Shown one piece after another: positions 8,960-18,100 of a stretch of DNA of 23,617 nt. The notes under the pieces were generated by a model. It searched no databases. It saw only the letters and a program-made list of their open reading frames with translations, and had not been told where the DNA came from. The stretch is from the IMG/VR virus record IMGVR_UViG_3300032167_004205; one strand, 5' to 3'. A program made the translations under genes and the position numbers. The stretch's first letter is position 1, and the number at the start of each line of letters is the position of its first letter. Origin of the DNA: an uncultured virus (IMG/VR IMGVR_UViG_3300032167_004205). Taxonomy: Duplodnaviria; Heunggongvirae; Uroviricota; Caudoviricetes.

Positions 8960-9099
8960 TTACTTCGGAAGGTGGAAAAACCACCTCCCTCGACGGCTTT
9001 CAGGGGGATACCCCCTATGACCCCTATCCTCGATCCTGGCCACCGCCTACCGGCGGGACCGTATCGAGTTGCTGCGCAACCGGCTTCGCCTCGAAGTAA
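8960..9099. other. Multi-hairpin structured intergenic element (candidate ncRNA or structured DNA signal)
   Basis: Closing stem TTACTTCG (8960-67)/CGAAGTAA (9092-99) enclosing hairpins AGGTGG/CCACCT, AGGGGG/CCCCCT, CTCGAT/ATCGAG with inner CCGCC/GGCGG, GTTGC/GCAAC and GGC-TTC-GCC. Confidence 0.5.
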
Positions 9100-9137
9100 A
9101 TGCAAACATACTATTTATTATAGAGTGGTGATGGAAC

Positions 9138-9725
9138 ATGAGCGATGATGAGATAATCGTTGTTGATGCTGAGATTATCGAAGACATTCCAGACTATAAT
9201 GTGGCGGTACCGGTCGTGAATCCGGAAGATCTTCCGGAAGGCGCTGTTTCGGCACCGGACCCTAAGCGATTACGACAAGGTTATTTCCAGAAGGGGGGGA
9301 GGGGAGGCCCCGGCCGGAAACGGATCTACCAAACCCCCGAAGAAATGGAAGCCGTCTGTAATGATTATTTTATGAGTCTCCTGGTAGCCGTACATAATCC
9401 CACGACCGGTCAGATGGATTACAGCTGGAAGACGGCACCGACCATTCCAGGGTTAGCCCGAGCGTTGGGCATGACTTCTGAAGCTCTCCGCTTATACGGA
9501 CTCCGTGATGAGTTTGGTGACGTGGTGGAATGGGCCAAGGACGTCATCCGTGAATATCTGGAGACCGGCGTTGTACAGCCAGGGAACCAGTCCGGGAAAA
9601 TATTCGTGATGAAGAACCTGGGTTATTCCGATACCAAAACCTATACATTCGCCCCGCCTTCCAGATTGGCGGCAGCGCAGTCTCCAGAAGAGATCGCGAA
9701 GCTGGTGGATGAAGATATCGTATAA
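9138..9725 (+). CDS. terS: Terminase small subunit (P22 gp3-like DNA-packaging protein family)
   Basis: GR..IYQTPEEMEAVCNDYF...PTIPGLARALG...YG.RDEF...AK...LE...IFVMKNLGYSD resembles gp3-type small terminases. Confidence 0.8.
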   Translation: MSDDEIIVVDAEIIEDIPDYNVAVPVVNPEDLPEGAVSAPDPKRLRQGYFQKGGRGGPGRKRIYQTPEEMEAVCNDYFMSLLVAVHNPTTGQMDYSWKTAPTIPGLARALGMTSEALRLYGLRDEFGDVVEWAKDVIREYLETGVVQPGNQSGKIFVMKNLGYSDTKTYTFAPPSRLAAAQSPEEIAKLVDEDIV

Positions 9726-9729
9726 AGGA

Positions 9730-9761
9730 ATTAGGCTCAGTCGTAACAAACTGGGCCTAAT
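9730..9761 (+). terminator. Hairpin after terS (possible terminator, weak U-tract)
   Basis: ATTAGGCTCAGT / ACTGGGCCTAAT 12-bp stem with one G-U pair and an 8-nt loop. Confidence 0.45.
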
Positions 9762-9793
9762 GTTACATGATTATTACATTTCTGCCAGAATTA

Positions 9794-9822
9794 TTGACTT
9801 TACTAAAGATCGTGAATAAAAT
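9794..9822 (+). promoter_or_regulatory. SigA-type promoter of the S-layer gene
   Basis: TTGACT (9794-99), 17 bp spacer, TAAAAT (9817-22); implies a ~210-nt 5' UTR. Confidence 0.65.
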
Positions 9823-10039
9823 GAAGCCATAAAAATACCCCACAAGGTATTATTCCTCTGCATATCCCCTCTTTCGCAAAATCCCTTTTCTTTATTCTGA
9901 TGTAAGCCAAAGGAAAACCGCCCTGCTGTTCTATCCGGAACAGATACGGGTCTGACTAGTCACGGTATGTGTGCCGGTTCGGACAAACGGAAAGAATTCC
10001 TGAGGTTTGCAAATATATTTTTTAGGAGGAAACCATCCT

Positions 10040-13000
10040 ATGAGCAACATCAAAAAGCTGCTCGCTCTGGTCCTCGCTCTGACCATGGTCCTCTCCGTCT
10101 CCGCCATCGCTGGCTACACCGTCGCTCCCTACGGCGACGCTGCCAAGGTTGACGAAGACTGCGAGGAAGCCGTCCAGCTGCTGTACAGCCTGGATATCAT
10201 GAAGGGCGACGACAAGGGCAACTTCAACCCCGAAGCCACCATCACCCGTGCTGAGATGGCTAAGATCATCTACGTCATTCTGAACTATGGCGAGGATGAC
10301 AAGGCTATCAACTACACCGGCGCCAACATCTTCTCCGATGTTAAGGCTGGCGATTGGTACGAGGGCTACGTCAACTACTGCGCTACCATTAAGCTGGTGC
10401 AGGGTCGTGGCGACGGCTCCTTCGCTCCCAACGCCCCCATCACCACCGCTGAGGCTGCCAAGATGCTGCTGACCGCTATCGGTTACTCTGCCGAGAACCG
10501 TGGCTACATCGGCGCTGGCTGGGACAAGCAGGTCCTGTCCGATGCTTCCATCATCGGCCTGCTGAATGACTACAACTACAACACCACCGGCTACGCTCCC
10601 CGTCAGTGGGTTGCCGTCATGGTCAAGAACGCTCTGACCGAGGCTTACACCTACGGCACCATCGCTCCCGTTATCTTCAACGGTCTGCTGACCGGTACCA
10701 ACCTGCCCACCGCTTCTTATCAGAAGATGGGCTGGAAGTACTTCGGCCTGTACGCTTGGGAAGGTATCATCACCGCTAACGAGTACGCTGACCTGTACAG
10801 CAAGGCTGCCCTGAGCGCTTCCAACACCAAGATCAATGATGGCGAGTATGTCTTCAAGAACTGGACTACCGACCTGACCGAGATCGGTGAATATCGTCGT
10901 GGTTGGGCTGTCGAAGACGGTTCCAAGGATCTGGTTGTCTACGCTACCGATGACGGCGTGAACACTGAGTTCTCCTGCGGCGGCGCTGTCACCATCAAGA
11001 AGGCCAACATCGACGGCATCAAGCTGGATAGCAAGACTGTCTACTATCAGAACTTCGAGAGCACCAAGGCTTATGAGGCTGACGATTACGTCGCTAAGGG
11101 CGATTGGCTGCGCGTTGTTGATAACGACGATGACGGCACTGCTGAGTTCGTCTTTGTCACCGAGTTCACCATGTCTTCCGTCAGCAAGATCACCAGCAGC
11201 AAGCTGACTCTGGTTGATGTTTCTGCTACCGAAGACTTTGCCACCGATTCCGAACTGGCTAAGGGCGACATCGTTGTCTACACCTATATCGATGGCACCT
11301 ATTATGTTGAGGCCGCCAATGAGTTCTCTGGCGAAGTCGACAAGTACGCTTACAAGAACAAGACCCTGACCGTTGATGGTGAGGATTACGATCAGACTGA
11401 GATCGATGTCGTTGAGGGTCTGGACTACTACTATGAGCTGGAAGCTGCCCGCAAGGAGACTGAGTACACTTATTATCAGGACTTCTTCGGCAACATCGGT
11501 CTGTTTGGCCGTGACAAGGCTGATGCTGGTGAGCTGGTCCTGCTGACCGATGCTTACTATGCTAACGACCGTTACGGCAAGATCGCCGCTGTCGACGCTT
11601 ATCTGGATGGCGAGATCACCGATACCGACGTTAAGACTTCTTCTTCCACCGATTGGGATCTGTTCATCGACAACACTGGTGTCAGCAATAACAACTGGGG
11701 CAAGCTGATCGAGTACGCCGACGATAAGAACGCAAACACCAACGTTGCTCGCTACACCATGGATGATGAAGGTGTTCTGTCCCTGTACACTGCCCAGACC
11801 TGGGATTATGACCACAAGGGCAACAAGGACTACGTCGTCTCCGACTATGTCGACATCGAGATGGGCAACAAGGATTGGGAAGCTGGTCAGACCGCTTACA
11901 CTGGTGAGTATGTCATCAGAACCTATGATGACGACGGCAAGCTGGTTTCTACCACCAAGGAGTCCGTTCAGGTTCAGGCCAACCGCGACACTGTCTTCTA
12001 CTATGTCTCTTACGCCAACGGTTATCCCGTCGTTGAGACTGTTGTTGGTTACAAGAACAGCTACGACGTGAACAAGGAACTGGCTGGCGAGATCTACGCC
12101 ACCTACGCTGTTGCTACCAACGTTTCTTCCGAGTACGGCAACCTCGACGGCGATGACATGGACGAGGATGTCTACAAGTACTGGGTTGCTGATGTCATCG
12201 TTATCGAGACCAAGTATCCCGTGTTCGCTATGAACAGCGACGTGGTTCTGGGCTATGACGTTGTCAACAAGACCTATGATGACTATGCTGCTCTGGACGT
12301 CATCGCTGCCGATGCCACTCTGGACACCCTGCAGGTCATCAACAAGGACGGCGACAAGTACAACAGCTTCAAGCAGGACGGCATTGATGTTCTGGACTTC
12401 TACTGGAACACCGAGGATGAGGAAGGCGACTCTTACATCAAGAGCATTCCCGCTGACAAGTATGGCGCTTATGACATCTATGTCGGCACTCTGGGCCGTA
12501 CTGCCAAGCTGAAGGACTATGTTGTGACCACTGATAACACTGTCCTGTACTACGATGCTGAGACCGTTGTTGTCTACGACATCTACGAGGGTACCCGTTA
12601 CAACGGCATCACCACCGAGGATGACGATGATGAGACTCTGACCCTGTCCAAGGGCAAGACCTACATCTTCTTTGCTCCCGATAAGGAAGTTGTCTATGCT
12701 GTTCTGGTCGACGATGTTCTGACCATGGAACTGTATGACAAGATCGCTGGTGAGGGTAGCGTTACTGCCGATCAGGCTGCCGCCATCGCCGCTCTGCGTG
12801 AGTATGCTGCCGCCGCCGCTAAGGCCAACCGCATTGCTGCTGACCACAAGGACGTCGTCGCCGCTCTGGATAAGGAGATCGAGAACGTCAAGGCCGCTAA
12901 GACCGCTGACGAGATCGAAGATATCGTGAAGAACGATAACGAAAAGAAGGAGTTCGGCACTGGTATCCAGAACATCTGGGATGCTGCCTATGCCGCTGGT

Positions 13001-13279
13001 CAGGTTGCTAATGCCGATGCTAAGGCTGAGCTGAATAAGATTGTTGCTGCCATCAATGGCGCCACTGTCTATGTTGATGCCGAAGATTCCATCACCAGCC
13101 AGGTTGCTGATGAGGTTGAGGCTATCTACGCCGCTGCCTCTTACGACGTTACCGTTGCTATGGGCAAGTACAACATTCCCAACGACGGCCACGGTGTTGA
13201 GATTGCCGAGGCTGATGTGACCATCTGGTACGGCGAGCTGGTTGGTTTCGCCAAGGTGACCGTTCGTATCGCTTACTAA
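10040..13279 (+). CDS. SLH-domain S-layer-type protein (probably the major surface protein)
   Basis: Signal peptide MSNIKKLLALVLALTMVLSVSAIA; SLH repeats (IMKGDDKGNFNPEATITRAE, LVQGRGDGSFAPNAPITTAE); acidic, Tyr/Val/Thr-rich body; very strong codon bias; RBS AGGAGG supports ATG 10040. Confidence 0.9.
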   Translation: MSNIKKLLALVLALTMVLSVSAIAGYTVAPYGDAAKVDEDCEEAVQLLYSLDIMKGDDKGNFNPEATITRAEMAKIIYVILNYGEDDKAINYTGANIFSDVKAGDWYEGYVNYCATIKLVQGRGDGSFAPNAPITTAEAAKMLLTAIGYSAENRGYIGAGWDKQVLSDASIIGLLNDYNYNTTGYAPRQWVAVMVKNALTEAYTYGTIAPVIFNGLLTGTNLPTASYQKMGWKYFGLYAWEGIITANEYADLYSKAALSASNTKINDGEYVFKNWTTDLTEIGEYRRGWAVEDGSKDLVVYATDDGVNTEFSCGGAVTIKKANIDGIKLDSKTVYYQNFESTKAYEADDYVAKGDWLRVVDNDDDGTAEFVFVTEFTMSSVSKITSSKLTLVDVSATEDFATDSELAKGDIVVYTYIDGTYYVEAANEFSGEVDKYAYKNKTLTVDGEDYDQTEIDVVEGLDYYYELEAARKETEYTYYQDFFGNIGLFGRDKADAGELVLLTDAYYANDRYGKIAAVDAYLDGEITDTDVKTSSSTDWDLFIDNTGVSNNNWGKLIEYADDKNANTNVARYTMDDEGVLSLYTAQTWDYDHKGNKDYVVSDYVDIEMGNKDWEAGQTAYTGEYVIRTYDDDGKLVSTTKESVQVQANRDTVFYYVSYANGYPVVETVVGYKNSYDVNKELAGEIYATYAVATNVSSEYGNLDGDDMDEDVYKYWVADVIVIETKYPVFAMNSDVVLGYDVVNKTYDDYAALDVIAADATLDTLQVINKDGDKYNSFKQDGIDVLDFYWNTEDEEGDSYIKSIPADKYGAYDIYVGTLGRTAKLKDYVVTTDNTVLYYDAETVVVYDIYEGTRYNGITTEDDDDETLTLSKGKTYIFFAPDKEVVYAVLVDDVLTMELYDKIAGEGSVTADQAAAIAALREYAAAAAKANRIAADHKDVVAALDKEIENVKAAKTADEIEDIVKNDNEKKEFGTGIQNIWDAAYAAGQVANADAKAELNKIVAAINGATVYVDAEDSITSQVADEVEAIYAAASYDVTVAMGKYNIPNDGHGVEIAEADVTIWYGELVGFAKVTVRIAY

Positions 13280-13316
13280 TTGATTTTAAATCACCCGATT
13301 TAACTTCATAAGAATT

Positions 13317-13347
13317 GCCCCCGGAGGAAACTCCGGGGGCTTTCTTT
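13317..13347 (+). terminator. Rho-independent terminator
   Basis: GCCCCCGGAG-GAAA-CTCCGGGGGC followed by TTTCTTT. Confidence 0.9.
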
Positions 13348-13350
13348 ATA

Positions 13351-13379
13351 TTGAAACATTTTGAAAAATGTGGTAAAAT
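13351..13379 (+). promoter_or_regulatory. SigA-type promoter with extended -10 for the regulator gene
   Basis: TTGAAA (13351-56), 17 bp spacer, TG-G-TAAAAT (13371-79). Confidence 0.7.
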
Positions 13380-13412
13380 ACGCTCAGATTTGAACGGAAA
13401 AGGTGACAGGAC

Positions 13413-14912
13413 ATGAGTACGTCAATAAGCACAGTGATTGATGTTCGCTTATTCGGGGCATTGGAATTGGAGAGTGAACAAGGTTGCCTGGTCGAGAGCC
13501 GTGGGGACAAACCACGCCTTTTTTTGCTGCTGAAATATTTGTTGTTGGAGCCTCAGCGAGAAGTCGATCAGGAAGAAGTGCTCCAACAAGTATGGAACGA
13601 TAGGCCGGTGGTCGGCTGCACAGGTAGGGTTCGGTTGCGCCGTTTACGAGAAACGTTGGAATTTCTTCAGCCGGAAGGTGGCAATAGCCTCATAAACTTC
13701 CAAGCCGGAAAATACAGCCTTAATCCTGATTACACATTGCGTTTTGACACAGATGTTTTTTTATCACTGCTGAAACAATCGGAAAACTTCTCTTTGACCG
13801 ATCCGGAAGGTCTGAAGCTCTGCCAGGATGCCCTGGAGTTGTTTCGCGGCCCTCTGTTAGAATATACCAAAAATGCACCTTGGTTGACAGGGTACCGGAA
13901 TTATTATCTGCGTGAGTTTATCCGCTTGGGTCGTGAAATGCTGAAGCGGATGAGAGCAATGAACGTTACTGAACCGGTGCAGCCGCTTTGTTCCCAAGCA
14001 CTCATGCTTGTTCCTGAGGACGAAACACTGCATAGAGATATTATTGAGTTTCTGATGGATAACCAGTTGGGGAAGGAATTAATCCAGCACGTGAAGTCGC
14101 TGATTTCTACCGATAAAGCCAAGTGGTTGTATGCTGTTCAGGATCCCAAACTGAAAGAAATGACAGGGTGTGAAGAACTATCCGAGGATCCTCATATAGT
14201 TCATATCAAGCTTTTTGGTGATGTTGAGCTACGTAACATTTATGGTCATCTCATTGAAAATCGTTCCAGGACGCCGTTTCTTTTACTGAAATATCTACTG
14301 ATGAATCCCCGGAAAGAAATAACAACGGATGAGATCTTACAGCTGTGGCCACCCATGAGCCCGGACTCTAATCCGCAGGCTACCGTGACGATCCGGCTGA
14401 CGCGGGCCAGAAGCGCCCTGGAGCCGTTGAAACTGAATAAGAAGACCGGACTTATTAGCTACCACAAAGGCATATACAAGATCAATCCCTCCTATATCCT
14501 CAAACGAGACGTTGATGAGTTCGGGGATATCTTGAGTTCGTTGCCATCTTATAACCTGAATGATCCGGAGGGTCTGAAAGCCTGTATGGATGCTCTGGAA
14601 TTATTCCGAGCCCCCTTGATGGCCTATACCAAAAGCGCCCCCTGGCTGGAGGAGTACCGCAGCCGTTACCGGGATGAGTTCTGCCGTTTGACCGAGGAAA
14701 CACTGAACCGGATGAAAGCGCTAGGGACCGATGAAGCGCTGCCCTTGCTGACGCAAAGGGCTGTAGACGTTGCGCCAGAGTGTCAGGAACTTCACGAGCC
14801 AATCATCCAATATCTCACAGAGCAAAAGAAAGAGTTGGAGATGATCAGATATCTTTCTTCGCTCTCGCGAACCGGAAAAGCAAATTGGATAGGAAAACCC
14901 CTCCTCGTCTGA
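13413..14912 (+). CDS. SARP/AfsR-like transcriptional regulator with two tandem wHTH+BTAD modules
   Basis: Two homologous halves: VRLFGALEL..FLLLKYLL..YSLNPDY..DPEGLKLCQDALELFRGPLL..APWL versus IKLFGDVEL..FLLLKYLL..YKINPSY..DPEGLKACMDALELFRAPLM..APWL. ALELFRG..L...W and PEDETLH are BTAD-like. Confidence 0.82.
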   Translation: MSTSISTVIDVRLFGALELESEQGCLVESRGDKPRLFLLLKYLLLEPQREVDQEEVLQQVWNDRPVVGCTGRVRLRRLRETLEFLQPEGGNSLINFQAGKYSLNPDYTLRFDTDVFLSLLKQSENFSLTDPEGLKLCQDALELFRGPLLEYTKNAPWLTGYRNYYLREFIRLGREMLKRMRAMNVTEPVQPLCSQALMLVPEDETLHRDIIEFLMDNQLGKELIQHVKSLISTDKAKWLYAVQDPKLKEMTGCEELSEDPHIVHIKLFGDVELRNIYGHLIENRSRTPFLLLKYLLMNPRKEITTDEILQLWPPMSPDSNPQATVTIRLTRARSALEPLKLNKKTGLISYHKGIYKINPSYILKRDVDEFGDILSSLPSYNLNDPEGLKACMDALELFRAPLMAYTKSAPWLEEYRSRYRDEFCRLTEETLNRMKALGTDEALPLLTQRAVDVAPECQELHEPIIQYLTEQKKELEMIRYLSSLSRTGKANWIGKPLLV

Positions 14913-14928
14913 TAACAGGAGGGGTTTT
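14894..14928 (+). terminator. Terminator hairpin overlapping the regulator stop codon
   Basis: AAAACCCCTCCT ... AGGAGGGGTTTT 12-bp stem. Confidence 0.7.
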
Positions 14929-15009
14929 GCAGGGTGAAGTATAATCGTAACCAACAGTATTTTGAGTCACCGCTCATATTTTTTTATTTTTTTTATTTTT
15001 TTGAAAAAA

Positions 15010-15054
15010 GTAACTCAATTTGTACCTGTTCGCGTAACCAAAGAATGGTATAAT
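15010..15054 (+). promoter_or_regulatory. Putative activator-dependent promoter: 12-bp-spaced GTAACC-like repeats plus extended -10
   Basis: GTAACT (15010), GTACCT (15022), GTAACC (15034), then TGGTATAAT (15046-54); same geometry as the sipW promoter. Confidence 0.7.
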
Positions 15055-15114
15055 ACATGCAAAAAAAGATGGTAGCTTCAAGCTTACCCGTGCCGAGGCT
15101 GTGCTCATCGACAA

Positions 15115-15130
15115 ATGTAAGCGCTTACAT
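15115..15130. promoter_or_regulatory. Perfect cre-like / LacI-family operator palindrome
   Basis: ATGTAAGCGCTTACAT is a perfect 16-bp palindrome matching the CcpA cre consensus TGWAANCGNTNWCA, downstream of the -10. Confidence 0.7.
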
Positions 15131-15194
15131 ATTATTTAATAATAAAGTATACCTTTATTTATAAATAGTTCGGGAAACCGAAAAAGGAGGAATT

Positions 15195-18100
15195 ATGATG
15201 AAAAAACGTTTTTGGGCGTTGTTCCTTGCGGTCATGATGATCGTCAGCGTCCTGCCCACGACGGCGTTCGCTGCAGACGAAGAGGTAGACAAGAATTTGC
15301 AGCCCGATCCACGGTATTACAGTTTTGCAGGTAAAGAATTAGACAAAGACGAGGCAGACAATGCCGACATTACCTTGAGCAAGACTGCGGAGTATATTGG
15401 TGATGGGAAATATGAAATCACCTTGTCTGTAGATGCAGGCGCGCAGATTTTACCGAAGCCTACAGAGGTCGTATTTGTGTTAGATGCATCTGGTTCTATG
15501 AATTTCTGTACAGATGTAAGTGGGTATGAGTCGCATAGTCACGATGCATGGGGTCAATGTGGTTATAATTCTTCCACCGAAACGTGTAATTTTCTGAAAG
15601 AACATAAGCACGTTCACACTTGGGATCGAAACAGCATCGCATATTGTACTCTGACGAGATCCGGCGACAAAGATAGCCGCTGGGATGACGCGACAGCTGC
15701 GATTGAGTCTATGAAAGACAAGATCGGCACGGAAAACATTACCTATCGTTATGTCTATTTCAAAAGCGTGCAGAACAACCATGGTGGATGGCCTAATGTT
15801 GCTTATGAAGTATCTTCGTATAGTGAGATTTCTCCCGGTGGTGGCACCCCGCTTTATTTAGGTGTTGAAGAGGGTATTGACTGCTTCACAGAAGATCCTA
15901 TGAGCAATAAAGTTTTGATTATTGTAGCAGACGGAGCAGCGGATAAGGTAGAGGGTAAAGGAACATATCCCAAAAGCATCTGTGATAATTTTAAAGCTAT
16001 TGCTGGAAACACCATTTATACAGTCGGCTTCACGTTTAGTGACAAGGACTTTAACGACTTGGCCTCTGAAGGTTGTGACTTTACGGCCGGCAATGCAGAT
16101 GACTTGGAGCTGGCGATGGACACCATCAGTAAAAAGATTTCTGGCATGATCGTTGACCCGATGGGTGATGGCGTTACTTTGGACAACGCCTCCATTGAGA
16201 TTAATCAGAATCAAGCTGGTATTAATGTCAATGACGGTACCATAAACTGGAGTGACGCAAAGGGCATTTCTGGCAAGGTCACCATGACATATAATGTCAC
16301 TGTTAATGTCGATGAAGATGAAGATCATCAGGAAATCCCCCTCAACGGTGACGCAAAACTTCATTACACCTATACAGGTGAAAACGGTGATGAAAAAAGT
16401 TGCTCGATTAGCTTCCCGGTTCCCGTTGCAGTCATTCAGAAAGAACCCGAGATTTTTAATGTGACCTATTTCTTCGAGAGCGGCACTGAAGGCAAGGCTC
16501 TGCCTGCTGCCATTAATGAGTATCTGCCTGCTGTCGGTACTGCTCTGAATGGTGACACTGTCAAACCTGCAACGCCCGAGCAGACTACCTATGAGGCTGT
16601 AGACGGCACCTGGACCTTTAATGGTTGGGATTACGACAGCCTGATCGTTGCCGGCGATGATATTGAGTTCGTTGGTACTTGGTCCTTCGAAATTGCCAAG
16701 TATGACTACACTGTCGAATACTACTATGACGGTGTGATTGATAGCGCCAAGACCGAAACCCTCTCTGCTGAATACGGTGCGAAAATCAATGAGTATGAGG
16801 ATAAGAGTGGAAACGAGTTCATGCTTGAAAGTCACACCGCTCCCATCATCATCGGCGCCGAAGCTTCTGAAAACGTCATCGAAGTCTATTATGTCACCGA
16901 TGTCTGGAATGATGAAAAGGATAAGCTTGAAGGCGGTGACAAGATTCCCGATAAGCATCAGGTTTGCGTCGAGTATGTGAGCAGTGACGCAACGAAGGGA
17001 ACGGTCACTCCCGCCCTGGATGTCATTACCTTATATGCCGCCACAGGTGCTTATGCCACTGTTGGTGATGTAACTACTTCCGAAGCTACTGCTACTGCTA
17101 TCGAGGGCAACGGCTTCAAGAACTGGACTGATTACAACAGTGCTGTAATGGAAGGCGAAGACGAAACTCTGTCCGTGCAGACCATCAAAGATGCTGAAGG
17201 CGGCGAGACCTATACTTACACTGCCATCTTCAGTGCTGCAACGCAGCCCGGTGTTGTTAAGATCCCCTATTATATCGAGCATTATCAGGAGCAGCTGGAC
17301 GGCACCTACGTCAAGGCTGAAACTGAGACCAAGTTTGATGTTAAGGATCAGGAAATCACCATTGTCGATGCAGACTATAAGTCTTATGCAAATTATGCCC
17401 CCAATAAGACGCATGCCAGCGCAGTATTGAGCGGCAAGGTTGATTATTCTGTCGACCCCACTGGAGGAGATACTCCTGTTGTCACGATGCTGACCCTGAA
17501 GCTGTACTATGATCTGGATAAGTACACTGTGACTTTCGTTGACGAGGACGGCACCATTCTGGAGGCTGCTACTGAGTATGCATACGGCACCAAGGCTGCA
17601 GATATCGTCAAACCCGCCAATCCCACCAAGGCCGCTGATGCTGATTATACCTACACCTTCTCTGGCTGGACGCCCGCCATTGCTGATGTCACAAACCATG
17701 CTACCTACAAAGCTACTTACAGCGCGACTCCCCGTGAGGCGAAGCTGAGTGTTGCAGATAAGGTCCTTAAAACCACTGACGAAATCAATGAAGGCTCTGT
17801 AATCGCCTGGAAGATCACTGTTCAGAATGATGGCAATAAGGACGCGCAACTTGTGGCCGGCCTGATTTCTGATACGATCTACTATGGCGACACGGAAAAT
17901 GGTCCCTGGACTGTTCTGGAAGGTGCTTCCGTGACCTTCCCCGAAACCCTGCCTGTTGTTGAAGCTGGCAAGACTGCTGAAATCGAGGTTACCTGGATCG
18001 TTCCCGCCTCTGTTGTCGGCAAGTACATCAAGAACGCCGCCAAGGTCAACGGTGAAGAAGGCAGCAAGGAAACTCCTCCCGCTTATGTTGTCCCCGAGCC

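Larger units (their letters stand above)
1..9761 (+). mobile_element. Right part of a prophage or phage-satellite-like element (replication, DNA modification, small terminase); left end outside the window, right boundary approximate
   Basis: Contiguous, mostly co-oriented phage-type genes (exonuclease, ssb, helicase, VRR-NUC, primase-VirE, MTases, terS) with weak codon bias, switching to a strongly biased host S-layer gene after ~9760. No att site identified. Confidence 0.8.

Noticed and set aside
9743..9777. GTAAC-like sequences upstream of the S-layer promoter as extra SARP sites
   Set aside because: Mixed orientation, no GTTCG core, wrong distance to the -10, and this promoter has a normal -35.
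9900..10010. Possible c-di-GMP or c-di-AMP riboswitch in the surface-gene leaders
   Set aside because: I could not find the GEMM-I, c-di-GMP-II or ydaO consensus elements; an Rfam scan would settle it.
10022..13192. 1056-aa antisense ORF opposite the S-layer gene
   Set aside because: Shadow ORF: the strong sense-strand codon bias avoids TTA/CTA/TCA, removing stops in the mirrored frame; no recognisable motifs.
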